A stretch of 64,000 bases of DNA, taken from positions 1 through 64,000 of the forward strand of contig JAQBVF010000011.1 of the NCBI GenBank assembly GCA_027623675.1, given 5' to 3'. The notes under the pieces are model-generated. The model was not told where the DNA came from and ran no database searches. It saw only the letters and a list, made by a program, of their open reading frames with translations. Both the position numbers and the translations under genes were made by a program. Positions within the stretch are counted from its first letter, which is position 1, and each line of letters begins with the position of its first letter. This document shows, piece after piece, positions 36,722 to 46,080 of this stretch. The DNA comes from Chloroflexota bacterium (GTDB taxonomy: Bacteria > Chloroflexota > Dehalococcoidia > Lucifugimonadales > UBA3495).

Positions 36722-37954
36722 ATGCAGCAAGGCCTCCCCCCGGAACTCGACGCCCTGAAGAACACCATCCGGCAGATCGTGAAGGACGAATGCTATCCCT
36801 TGGAGGCGGAGTTCCTGGCCAACCCGTCTGATGAGAACAACCCCGATGAAGGCGCGCCCAGAGGCATCGCCGAAGCCCTGTCCGGCCTGTTGGGCACCCT
36901 GCCTAAGGAGAATTGGGACCGCCTGAACCAGGTCTCCAAGGAAACCGGCATCTACACGTCATTCGTTCCGGAAGAGTACGGCGGCGGCGGCATGGGGGCC
37001 CTGGGCCACGTCATCCTCGACGAAGAGGTCCACAAGAGTATCGTGCAGTTGCCCACCTCGCCGGTGCCCATGATGATGATCGGCGCGGCCACTCCCGAAC
37101 AGGAACGGGAATACCTGCTGCCGTCGGTCGAGGGTAAGTTGCACTACGCCTTTGGGCAGACCGAGCCCAACGCCGGCTCAGACCCCGGCGGCATGATGCA
37201 GACCAGGGCCGTGCTGGACGGCGACGAATGGGTGCTGAACGGCACCAAGACTTTCATCTCGGGCGCGGCCTCCGCCGACTATCTGCTGGTCCAAGCGGTC
37301 ACCGACCCCGAGAAGCGTCAGCGCGGCGGGATCACCATGTTCATCATCGACAACCCGTCAGAGGGCATGAGTTTCGACCCCATCCGGCTGTGGATCAACT
37401 CCACCAAAGCGCAGCAATTCACGGTCAATCTGGACAACGTGCGCGTTCCCCAGACCAAGGTGCTGGGCGAGGTGGGCCAGGGGTTCACCCTGGGACAGAA
37501 ATGGCTGGTGCACCACGACCGGCTGCTTCGCGGCTCCATGGCCACCGGAATCCTGAGCCGCGCCCTGGAGATGGCCATCGAATGGGCCAAGGAGCGGGTC
37601 ACCTACGGCCGTCCCATCGCCGACCGGCAAGCCATCCAATGGATGCTGACCGACGTGTATATCGACATCATGACGCTCCGCGCCTCCACCAGGGAGACCG
37701 CCAGGCGCGCCGACAACGGCGAAGACGTGCGAGTGGAAGCCTCAATGATCAAATACTGCGCTGGAGAATGGGGTTGGCGGAGCATCGATAAAATCATGCA
37801 GGTGTTCGGCGGCAACGGCGAGACCCTGGACCTGCCCATCGCCCACTGGTATCACATACTGCGCCACGCCCGCATCGGCGGCGGCACCTCCGAGATACAC
37901 AAGTTCGTCATGGCCCGCGGCCTGTTGGACGGGCGGGTCAATTTCCAGGGCTAA
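36722..37954 (+). CDS. Acyl-CoA dehydrogenase family protein
   Basis: PEEYGG.G, TEP.AGSD, W.LNG.K.FIS, R.TYGRPI...QAIQ, Q.FGG.G and RIGGGTSEI. Confidence 0.9.
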   Translation: MQQGLPPELDALKNTIRQIVKDECYPLEAEFLANPSDENNPDEGAPRGIAEALSGLLGTLPKENWDRLNQVSKETGIYTSFVPEEYGGGGMGALGHVILDEEVHKSIVQLPTSPVPMMMIGAATPEQEREYLLPSVEGKLHYAFGQTEPNAGSDPGGMMQTRAVLDGDEWVLNGTKTFISGAASADYLLVQAVTDPEKRQRGGITMFIIDNPSEGMSFDPIRLWINSTKAQQFTVNLDNVRVPQTKVLGEVGQGFTLGQKWLVHHDRLLRGSMATGILSRALEMAIEWAKERVTYGRPIADRQAIQWMLTDVYIDIMTLRASTRETARRADNGEDVRVEASMIKYCAGEWGWRSIDKIMQVFGGNGETLDLPIAHWYHILRHARIGGGTSEIHKFVMARGLLDGRVNFQG

Positions 37955-38146
37955 CGCCGGGGGAAGCACCGGGCGTAGTGCCAGAGATGGCACCGGCCCA
38001 ACACAATGTTGGGGTGATTCAGGGATAAATCAGCCAGGCAAACACGGACGGACGGCGGACCCCGCACGGTAAAATTTTCTGGCGGGCAAAAGCGCCCGAG
38101 TAAACACGCCCGCCAAATTTCACCACCACCGGCCGATCGTTCTCAG

Positions 38147-38773
38147 ATGGTTCAGATCTCCCACACATCGCACCACGCCAACCTGCCGGTCCAGGACCAG
38201 GCGGGGATGACGACCTGCTTCAACTGCCTGATCGAGACCCACCAGACCCAGGCCTACAACCTGGCACGGCGGATGCTGACCGATTGGTCCCTGGCCGAGG
38301 ATGCGGTGCAGGAGAGTTTCGTCTCGGCCTACCGCGCCTTCAACCGGTTCCGGGGCGAGAACCTGACGGCCTGGGTGCTGCGCATCGTCGCCAACACCTG
38401 CCGCGACATGCTGCGCGCCCGCAAGGCCCGGCCGGCAATCTCGCTGGACCCACTTCCCAACACCGACCCCAGCGAACCTCAGGGCCCCAGCGCCCTAGAT
38501 ATACCTTCCAACGATCCATCTCCCGAAGACCAGGCCGAGCGGTCGGAACTGAGGGACGCCATCCAGGCCGGGTTGGACACGCTCCAAGAGGACCAACGCC
38601 TGGCCGTACTGCTGGTGGACGTGAATGGGCTGAGCTACGAAGAAGCGTCCGAGTCCATGGGCTGCTCGCTGGGCACGGTCAAGTCGCGGGTGAGCCGGGG
38701 CCGGGGCGGACTGCGGGACTACCTACGGCAGACCGGGGAACTTTTGCCCTCCCGTTTCCGTCAAGAAGAGTAG
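38147..38773 (+). CDS. ECF RNA polymerase sigma factor
   Basis: AEDAVQESF..AY, W..RI..N...D..R (region 2); GLSYEE....G.S.GTVKSR.SR (region 4). Confidence 0.93.
   Translation: MVQISHTSHHANLPVQDQAGMTTCFNCLIETHQTQAYNLARRMLTDWSLAEDAVQESFVSAYRAFNRFRGENLTAWVLRIVANTCRDMLRARKARPAISLDPLPNTDPSEPQGPSALDIPSNDPSPEDQAERSELRDAIQAGLDTLQEDQRLAVLLVDVNGLSYEEASESMGCSLGTVKSRVSRGRGGLRDYLRQTGELLPSRFRQEE
38737..38764 (+). promoter_or_regulatory. ECF-type promoter inside the 3' end of the sigma gene, ahead of the anti-sigma gene
   Basis: GGAACT-N16-CGTCAA; same architecture as the site at 39754. Confidence 0.68.
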
Positions 38774-38780
38774 ATCAGCT

Positions 38781-39683
38781 ATGTGGATACTCAGATCATC
38801 ACATAAGCATATAAGCCAGGAAACGCTCAGCGAATACCTGGACGGACGGCTGCAGGGCCGGCCCTTGGAACGGGTCGAACGGCAGCTTGGGGAGTGTGAC
38901 GCCTGCCGCCAGGAGCTGGACGAGTTGCAGGCCACCGTGTCCCTGATGCGCCAGTTGCCCATGGAGACACCCCACCGCAGCTTCGTGATGAGCGCCCCGC
39001 CTCCGGGATTGGCGCGGGCCCGCCGGGCGTTCGTGCTGCGGGCCCCTGATTGGGTCTACGCCGGGGCTGCTTCGGTGGCCGCGTTGGCCCTGGCCATCAC
39101 GGTCTCGGTCGACGCCACCGGCGGGCTATCGCCGGACTCGTTCCGTGACGACGCACCGGTGGCGAACGTTGCCGCCGCCCGAACATGGGACCAGTCTCGT
39201 GCGTCCGGGGCGGCAGCAGGGCCAGTGGAAGAGTCCGCCGTCCCGCCCACGCCAGGAGCCGGAGCAGCAGCGGAAAACGGAAGTGACGGCGCCGCCCCGC
39301 AGTCATTGACGGCGTCTGTCCCCTCAACCGCTCCGGTTGACCAACCGGCCCCGTTGGAATCGGCAGTGGTTACACCCACTGCCGCCGATGCGGCGCCGCC
39401 CTCTGTGGTGGAATCAACCCCGCCTCCGGCGTCGGCTCTCCCAGATGTCGGCGACCCTGCCGCAACCGTAGATGGTCCAGCGGGGGAAAGTCGAACGGCC
39501 AAGACGCTCGCCACACAACCGCCAACGGCGGCGCCCGAACCAGCCGGGCTCGAATCGTTCAACTACGCCGACGACGGCGGCACTTCGGTCTGGTGGCGCC
39601 TGCTGGAGGTGATGGCCGGCCTATCAGCGGTGGCCTTCGTGGCCGGTCTGTTCCTACGCAGGCGTTCGAACCGGCTGGACTAG
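38781..39683 (+). CDS. Membrane-bound anti-sigma factor (zf-HC2/ZAS-like)
   Basis: H....LSEYLDG.L....VE.QL..C..C; central TM; Pro/Ala-rich linker; C-terminal TM plus basic tail. Confidence 0.85.
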   Translation: MWILRSSHKHISQETLSEYLDGRLQGRPLERVERQLGECDACRQELDELQATVSLMRQLPMETPHRSFVMSAPPPGLARARRAFVLRAPDWVYAGAASVAALALAITVSVDATGGLSPDSFRDDAPVANVAAARTWDQSRASGAAAGPVEESAVPPTPGAGAAAENGSDGAAPQSLTASVPSTAPVDQPAPLESAVVTPTAADAAPPSVVESTPPPASALPDVGDPAATVDGPAGESRTAKTLATQPPTAAPEPAGLESFNYADDGGTSVWWRLLEVMAGLSAVAFVAGLFLRRRSNRLD

Positions 39684-39753
39684 CGCGACAGCCGGCGCAC
39701 CCGGGTTATCCCGGCGGCCCACCCGCCGGTCGAATATCACGGCCCACGGCCCG

Positions 39754-39781
39754 GGAACTTTTTGGAGCGCCCCTCCGTCTT
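39754..39781 (+). promoter_or_regulatory. ECF-type promoter upstream of the SIMPL gene
   Basis: Intergenic GGAACT-N16-CGTCTT. Confidence 0.72.
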
Positions 39782-39866
39782 AACCATTGTAAACAACGCC
39801 GCTGGCCCGTGATGCAAGAAGCATATCGAAGTAGCGCGGCGGAGAAACTAGGAGAGATGAACGACG

Positions 39867-40817
39867 ATGTTCCAAGCAGTATCACAAAAGAAGAAGATCC
39901 TGGTCCTATTGGGCGCCGGCCTGGTCCTGTTGTTGGCCGTGGCCTGTGGTTCTAACGGCAACGGCAGCGCCGGTTCCGTGTCGGCCGACCGGCTATTGGC
40001 GGCGGTCTCCAACCAAGGCACCGGCCTCTGGGTAAATGGCACCGGCAGGGCCAGCGGCGAGCCAGACCTGGGCATCCTAAGTCTGGGAGTTGAATCCCTG
40101 GCCGACACGGCTTCCGAAGCCAGGGCGCAGGCAGCGGTGGCCATCGACCGGACCATCACGGTCCTCAAGAACAACAACATCGCGGACCGGGACCTCCAGA
40201 CCAGTCAATTCAGGATCAGCCCTCGCTACAACACGGAAGAGGTAACCAGGTGCACGGACGGGTCCGCTCCCAAAGAAATCAAGCCTAGCGGAGCAACTGA
40301 GGAGCCGGCCACCGAACCAAGCATGGGCATGCCCGCTCCCGGAGCATCGCCGGATGTTGTGGAGATGATCGTGACACAACAGTCACAGGGCAGTCAGTGC
40401 CGGGTGGAGTATGAGCGGGTGCTCATCGGCTACCAGGTGACCAACACCCTGACCGTGAAGGTCCGTAACCTGGACAGCATGGGTGACATCATCGACGGCG
40501 CGACCGAAGCGGCAGGGGACCTGATACGCATCAACCAGGTGAGCTTCACCATGGAAGACAGCAAGCCCCTCCAGGAAGAAGCGCGGGCGGAGGCCATCGC
40601 CGACATGCTGGCCAAGGCCAAGGCAATGGCTGAATCGGCGGGAGTTAAGTTGGGCGATCTGGTATTTCTGTCCGAATCCGGCGGAGTCAGCCCCCAGTCG
40701 TTCGCCAGGATGGAATCCGCAGCGGGTTTCGGGGCATCCGACCAATCAACCAGTATCTTGGCCGGAGAGTTGGACGTGAATGTGAGCGTGCAAGGGGTCT
40801 TCGACATCGGCAACTAA
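39867..40817 (+). CDS. SIMPL (DUF541) domain lipoprotein
   Basis: Lipobox LAVAC; V.G.G....PD...L.LGV, LQT..F.ISP.Y, GYQV.N.L.V and AR..AI.D...KA..MA...GV.LG. Confidence 0.88.
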   Translation: MFQAVSQKKKILVLLGAGLVLLLAVACGSNGNGSAGSVSADRLLAAVSNQGTGLWVNGTGRASGEPDLGILSLGVESLADTASEARAQAAVAIDRTITVLKNNNIADRDLQTSQFRISPRYNTEEVTRCTDGSAPKEIKPSGATEEPATEPSMGMPAPGASPDVVEMIVTQQSQGSQCRVEYERVLIGYQVTNTLTVKVRNLDSMGDIIDGATEAAGDLIRINQVSFTMEDSKPLQEEARAEAIADMLAKAKAMAESAGVKLGDLVFLSESGGVSPQSFARMESAAGFGASDQSTSILAGELDVNVSVQGVFDIGN

Positions 40818-40858
40818 CAGGCAACTAACACAAGTAGCCACGGCCGCAAGACACGGAT

Positions 40859-40894
40859 GGGGGCGGGGTCTGAATCGACCCTGCCCTCTTTTTT
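40859..40894 (+). terminator. Intrinsic terminator after SIMPL
   Basis: GGGCGGGGTC-loop-GACCCTGCCC followed by a T6 run. Confidence 0.75.
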
Positions 40895-40975
40895 GTCATT
40901 GATTCCCGCCCAGCAGAAACTGCCCGCCCATTTATCCTGGCCAATTTATCTCCGTCCGTTTATCTCTGTTTCGCC

Positions 40976-41004
40976 TTGCGGGCCAATTCCAGGGTTGTTA
41001 GAAT
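40976..41004 (+). promoter_or_regulatory. Sigma70-type promoter for the dcd-rib operon
   Basis: TTGCGG-N17-TAGAAT with extended -10 TG. Confidence 0.6.
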
Positions 41005-41045
41005 TTCGCTACCCACACACCAAGATTGAACCTCGCGGGAGCAAC

Positions 41046-41645
41046 ATGGTCTTAAGCGACCGGACCATCAAAGAAGAACTGGCAAAAGGGCGTATCGTCA
41101 TCTCGCCCCTGGACCCCGATGACATTCAACCGGCCAGCGTCGACCTCCATCTGGACCGTCAGATCCTGGTTTTCGCCAACTCCCGCCGTCCTTTCATCGA
41201 CGTCAAAGAGGGACTTGAAGACCTGACCCAGATGGTCGAGATCCAGGACGACACGCCGTTCATTCTTCATCCCGGCGAGTTCGTCCTTGGCAGCACTTTA
41301 GAGAACATCGAGCTGCCCGAAGACCTGGTGGCCAGGTTGGAGGGCAAGAGCAGCTTGGGGCGCATCGGCCTGGTCATCCACTCCACCGCCGGTTTCGTCG
41401 ACCCCGGTTGGAAGGGGCACCTGACACTGGAACTCAGCAACCTCGCCCGGCTGCCCATCACCCTCTACCACGGCATGAAGATCGGGCAGATATCCTATCT
41501 GCAACTCAGCACGCCCGCCGACCGGCTCTACGGCTCAGAGTCCCTGGGCAGCAAATACCAGGGCCAGACCGTCCCCACCGCCAGCCGGTTCCACCGTGAC
41601 TTCCCAAAGAACGATTCCAAGAACGATACAGGACAGGCTTCCTAA
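41046..41645 (+). CDS. dcd: dCTP deaminase
   Basis: LSDR.I, IQPASVDL.L, EGKSSLGR.GL..H.TAGF.DPG..G..TLE and SKYQGQ. Confidence 0.95.
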   Translation: MVLSDRTIKEELAKGRIVISPLDPDDIQPASVDLHLDRQILVFANSRRPFIDVKEGLEDLTQMVEIQDDTPFILHPGEFVLGSTLENIELPEDLVARLEGKSSLGRIGLVIHSTAGFVDPGWKGHLTLELSNLARLPITLYHGMKIGQISYLQLSTPADRLYGSESLGSKYQGQTVPTASRFHRDFPKNDSKNDTGQAS

Positions 41646-41653
41646 GCCGCACC

Positions 41654-42769
41654 ATGGATTACATGCAAAGGGCCGTCGCGTTGGCCCGTGAGGTTATGGG
41701 CGCCACCAGCCCCAATCCAGCCGTTGGCGCGGTCCTGGTCAAAGACGGCGTGGAGATCGGCGCCGGCGCAACCCAACCCCCCGGCCAAGACCATGCCGAG
41801 ATCGTTGCCATCAGGCAGGCATCGGACCAAGCCCGGGGCGCGACCCTGTACTGCACCTTGGAACCATGCTGCACCTGGGGCCGCACGCCGCCCTGCACCA
41901 AGGCCATCATCGCAGCCGGTATCGCGGAGGTCCATTTCGCCGTTATCGACCCCAACCCGAACGTATCCGGCAACGGCCGGGACGAACTGGCCGCCGCGGG
42001 CATCAAGGTGGTCGAGGAAGAGGCCGAAGGCGCCAAGGAACTGTACGAGGCGTTTGCCAAGCATATCGTCACCGGCGCCCCCTTCGTTACCGCCAAGTTC
42101 GCGATGACGCTGGACGGAAAGATCGCCACGCGCACCGGCGACTCCAAGTGGGTCACCGGATCCGAGGCTAGGGGATTCGTCCAGAAGATGCGCCTGGTTT
42201 GCGATGCCATCCTGGTTGGGGTGAACACGGCGCTAACCGACGACCCCTACCTGACCTCCCGCGATGCCGACGGCAACCCTCTGGAACGCCAACCATTGCG
42301 GGTCGTGCTGGACAGCACCTGCCATACCCCGGTCGGCGCGGTGATGTTCCGGCAGCCGGGAGCCACGCTCATCGCCACCACCAAAGCAGCCCCGGACGCG
42401 CGGATCGAAGCGCTGGAGCGGGCTGGAGCCGAGGTCGTGGTGCTGCCGTCGGGCGAGGACCAACGGGTGGACCTGCACGAGTTGGTCGCGCATCTGGGTG
42501 CCCGGGGCGTGGTCAACCTATTGGTGGAGGGCGGAGGCTCGGTCCATGGTGCGTTCTTCGACGCCGGCCTGGTGGACAAGGTCTACGCCTTCGTCGCCCC
42601 GGTGATCGTCGGCGGGGAGACGTCGCTGTCGCCAGTTGAAGGCTCCGGGGTAACAGTCATGGCCAACGCCTGGCGGCTGGCCGGCGCCCGAGGCGAGCGG
42701 ATCGGCGAGGATTGGCTCATAATAGGGTATCCCCGGAAGCAAGGCCAGAAACAGGAATGGCAGCCGTAA
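41654..42769 (+). CDS. ribD: Bifunctional riboflavin deaminase/reductase
   Basis: PNPAVGAV, HAE, TLEPC....RTPPC, TLDGKIA and VEGG. Confidence 0.95.
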   Translation: MDYMQRAVALAREVMGATSPNPAVGAVLVKDGVEIGAGATQPPGQDHAEIVAIRQASDQARGATLYCTLEPCCTWGRTPPCTKAIIAAGIAEVHFAVIDPNPNVSGNGRDELAAAGIKVVEEEAEGAKELYEAFAKHIVTGAPFVTAKFAMTLDGKIATRTGDSKWVTGSEARGFVQKMRLVCDAILVGVNTALTDDPYLTSRDADGNPLERQPLRVVLDSTCHTPVGAVMFRQPGATLIATTKAAPDARIEALERAGAEVVVLPSGEDQRVDLHELVAHLGARGVVNLLVEGGGSVHGAFFDAGLVDKVYAFVAPVIVGGETSLSPVEGSGVTVMANAWRLAGARGERIGEDWLIIGYPRKQGQKQEWQP

Positions 42770-42824
42770 TCTCGCTTCGGCAATCTCGAACCATCAGAAT
42801 ACGCAAGCGCAAGTAGGACCAAAA

Positions 42825-43415
42825 GTGTTTACCGGTATCGTAGAAGAGGTCGGCGTCGTCGCCAGCATCAGCGCCAATGCCATGACCGTCAGGGCGTCCA
42901 AGGTGGTCGAGGACCTGAAGCTGGGCGACAGCATCGCCGTCAACGGCGCTTGCCTGACGGCCGTCAGCTACACGAAAAGCGAGTTCTCGGTGGACCTGTC
43001 GCCGGAGACTATGCGGCGGACATCTCTGGGAGACCTGCAGGTGGGGGGGCCGGTGAACCTGGAACGGGCTCTTTTGGCAAGCAGCCGGATGGGCGGCCAC
43101 CTGGTTCAGGGACATGTCGACGGAACTGGCCGTATAATGTCGAAAAAGCCGGAAGGTGACTCGATTATCTTCCGTGTTAGGGTGCCAAAACGGCTGAATC
43201 GCTATATAGTAGAAAAGGGATTCGTCGCGGTTGACGGTATCAGTTTGACCGTGGTAAAAAAAGGAGCCTCTTCGTTCACCCTGGCTGTGATACCATACAC
43301 GTTGGATAATACTAATTTGGCCTCATTATCCGTGGGGGACCGGGTGAACCTCGAAGCGGATATACTGGCCAAGTATGTAGAGAGTCTCCTGGACCCGGCA
43401 ACCCGGGACCGTTGA
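42825..43415 (+). CDS. ribE: Riboflavin synthase (alpha chain)
   Basis: MFTGIV, GDSIAVNG.CLT, VNLER, GGH.VQGHVD, VDG.SLTV and VNLE.D..AKY. Confidence 0.95.
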   Translation: MFTGIVEEVGVVASISANAMTVRASKVVEDLKLGDSIAVNGACLTAVSYTKSEFSVDLSPETMRRTSLGDLQVGGPVNLERALLASSRMGGHLVQGHVDGTGRIMSKKPEGDSIIFRVRVPKRLNRYIVEKGFVAVDGISLTVVKKGASSFTLAVIPYTLDNTNLASLSVGDRVNLEADILAKYVESLLDPATRDR

Positions 43416-43493
43416 CCAAGCTCCGCCAAGTAATACAGATCCTCCTGGACCGGTGATGCGGGCCGGAGGATCAAGTGCCGGAAGGACAACATC

Positions 43494-44699
43494 ATGCCTC
43501 TGTGCAGTCTTGAGGAAGGGCTCGAAGAGCTGAAAGCGGGAAGGTTCTTGATCGTTGTGGACGACGAGAACCGGGAGAACGAAGGCGACCTAGTGATGCC
43601 TGCCGAGATGGTTACTCCGGAGGCCGTCAACTTTGTCGTGACCCACGCGCGGGGCCTGCTGTGCATGCCGATCATTGGCGAACGTCTGGACGAACTCCAG
43701 ATGCCCTTGATGATCAGCCAGAACGGCTCGGAAAAGAACCAGACCGCATTCACCGTGTCGGTCGACTACAACATCAACACCACCACCGGCATCTCCGCCG
43801 GTGACCGCGCCGCCACCATCCTGGCCATGTTGGACCCGGCAGCCAAACCCGAAGACTTCACGCGCCCCGGCCACCTGTTCCCGCTGCGGTACCACCCCGG
43901 CGGCGTCCTGGCCCGGGCCGGTCACACCGAAGCCGCAGTTGACCTTTGCGAGATGATCGGCATGTACCCCGCCGGCATCGTCTGTGAGATCATGGACGAA
44001 GACGGCTCCATGTCCCGGCTGCCCGCCTTGGAGGAGTTCGCCGAGGTCCATAGCCTGAAGATCCTCAGCATCGCCCAGATCATCGCCCACCGCCGCCGGA
44101 CCGAGCGATTGATCGAGCGAGTCGCCGAGGCCCGCCTCCCGACCCGCTACGGAGCATTCACCGCCATCGCCTACAAGAGCTACGTTGACACGGGCGAGCA
44201 CATCGCGCTGACCATCGGCAAATGGACCGAGGACGAGCCGGTGCTGGTCCGGATCCACAGCGAATGCCTTACCGGCGACGTGTTCGGCAGCATGCGCTGC
44301 GACTGCGGAGAGCAGATTGAATTGGCCCTCAGGCAGTTGGAGGAAGCTGGAAACGGCATCTTCCTGTACATGCGTCAGGAAGGACGGGGCATCGGTCTCC
44401 ACAACAAGATCAAGGCCTACTCCCTGCAAGACCAAGGCCTGGACACAGTGGAAGCCAACGAGACCCTGGGCTTCGAGCCGGACCTGCGCCACTACGGCGT
44501 GGGCGCCCAGATCCTTCGTGACCTGGGGGTTCGGAAGCTCAATCTGCTGACCAACAACCCCAAGAAGGTCGCCGGGCTATCGGGCTTCGACTTGGAGATC
44601 GTCGACCGCATTCCGGTCGAAGCGGAAGTCACCGAAGAGAACCGAAGGTACATGAAGACGAAGAAATCCCGGATGGGGCATATCCTCAGTAACTGCTAG
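43494..44699 (+). CDS. ribBA: Bifunctional DHBP synthase / GTP cyclohydrolase II
   Basis: DDENRENEGD, TAFTVSVD, R.GHTEA, VRIHSECLTGD.FGS.RCDCG and QEGRGIGL. Confidence 0.96.
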   Translation: MPLCSLEEGLEELKAGRFLIVVDDENRENEGDLVMPAEMVTPEAVNFVVTHARGLLCMPIIGERLDELQMPLMISQNGSEKNQTAFTVSVDYNINTTTGISAGDRAATILAMLDPAAKPEDFTRPGHLFPLRYHPGGVLARAGHTEAAVDLCEMIGMYPAGIVCEIMDEDGSMSRLPALEEFAEVHSLKILSIAQIIAHRRRTERLIERVAEARLPTRYGAFTAIAYKSYVDTGEHIALTIGKWTEDEPVLVRIHSECLTGDVFGSMRCDCGEQIELALRQLEEAGNGIFLYMRQEGRGIGLHNKIKAYSLQDQGLDTVEANETLGFEPDLRHYGVGAQILRDLGVRKLNLLTNNPKKVAGLSGFDLEIVDRIPVEAEVTEENRRYMKTKKSRMGHILSNC

Positions 44700-44725
44700 T
44701 CAGCAGCTATCAACCTTCAGCTAAC

Positions 44726-44758
44726 AAAAAAGCCCGCCTTTGGCGGGCTTTTATTTTT
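44726..44758. terminator. Bidirectional intrinsic terminator between ribBA and prfB
   Basis: A6-GCCCGCC-TTT-GGCGGGC-TTTTATTTTT. Confidence 0.9.
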
Positions 44759-44811
44759 GTTGGCGGTGTTGCCCCGCCCGGCGTGGGCGGCTGCCGGGTC
44801 AGAAGCCGGGC

Positions 44812-45910
44812 CTACTTCCCCACTTGGGACATCAGATAGGCTTCAATGAACTGGTCGATCTGGCCGCCCAGCACGGCGTCGGGGTTGGTGCTTTGCAGGT
44901 TGGTGCGGTGGTCTTTCACCGACTTATACGGGTGCAGCACGTAGCTGCGGATCTGGCTGCCCCATTCGGCGGCCTTCCGTTCTCCCCGGAGTCCCGCAAC
45001 CTCTTTCGCCTTTTCGTCCTCCTGCCGGGCCAACAGCCTGGCCTTCAGGATCCGCACGGCGTATTCCCGGTTCTGGTGCTGGGACCGCTCGTTCTGGCAG
45101 GAAACCACGATTCCGGTGGGGATGTGGGTCAACCGGACCGCCGAGGCGACCTTCTGCACGTTCTGGCCACCGGGGCCGCTGGACCGGAAGGTGTCCATCT
45201 TGATGTCTTCCGACCGCAACTCCACCTCGGGGTCGTCCTCGGATGTGGGCAATACCTCTACCTGGGCGAACGACGTCTGCCTCAGGTTGTTGGGATCGTA
45301 GGGAGAGAGCCGCACCAGCCGGTGGACGCCCTGTTCCGCCACCAGGTAGCCAAAGGCGTGGGCGCCGCCGACCTCCAGGGTCGAACTGCGCAATCCGGCT
45401 TCGTCCCCATAGGAAAGGTCCATAACCTCCAGGGGGCGCTTGCCCAACTCGGCCCACTGGCAATACATCTGAGTCAGCATCTGGGCCCAGTCCTGGGCAT
45501 CGGTGCCGCCGGCGCCGGCGTGGATGGTGACGATGGCTGGCCGGTCATCGTAGGGGCCGGAAAGGGTGAGGTTGATCTCTTCGTGGGCCAGCGCCTTCGC
45601 CAGGTCCTCGTACTCCGATTCCAACTGTTCTTGGAGTGAGGGGTCGCCCTCGGCGATGGCAAGCTCGGTGAGTTCCATCAAGTTGTCGGCGCGAGTTTCC
45701 AGGTCCCGCCACAGTGACACCGTGTCTTTCAGGCGGCCCAGTTGCTGCATCTTTCGCTGTGCGGTCTGGTGGTCGTCCCAGTATCCCGGTTCGGCCGCCT
45801 CTCGTTCCATGACGCTTATGGCGTCTTCTTTACCGGCCAGGTCAAAGACGCTCCACCACCGCCGCAATCTTTTGGTCGAGGGTCGATAGTTGTTGTCTCA
45901 GTTGCTCCAT
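44812..45910 (-). CDS. prfB: Peptide chain release factor 2 with programmed +1 frameshift
   Basis: ATG 45910 opens 22 codons ending GGAG-CGT-CTT-TGA-C (CTTTGAC at 45847-45841); +1 frame has GVHRLVRLSPY and GPGGQ. Confidence 0.95.
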
Positions 45911-46080
45911 GGTCGGGTATCCTCTCGTGAGTGAAATAAAGGTTGATCGGAGGCACGCGCGAAGTTAGGCGCTCTCGTCTCATGTGGGTTCGATTATATC
46001 AGCCGGCCGGCCGGCCGCCCCAGCAGTGCGCGTCCTGATTTGGCCGGCCCCGTGATTGATGCGGGATCCGGATATGCGCC

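Noticed and set aside
40895..41653. FMN riboswitch ahead of the rib genes
   Set aside because: Conserved RFN segments not recognisable; ribD follows dcd after only 8 nt.
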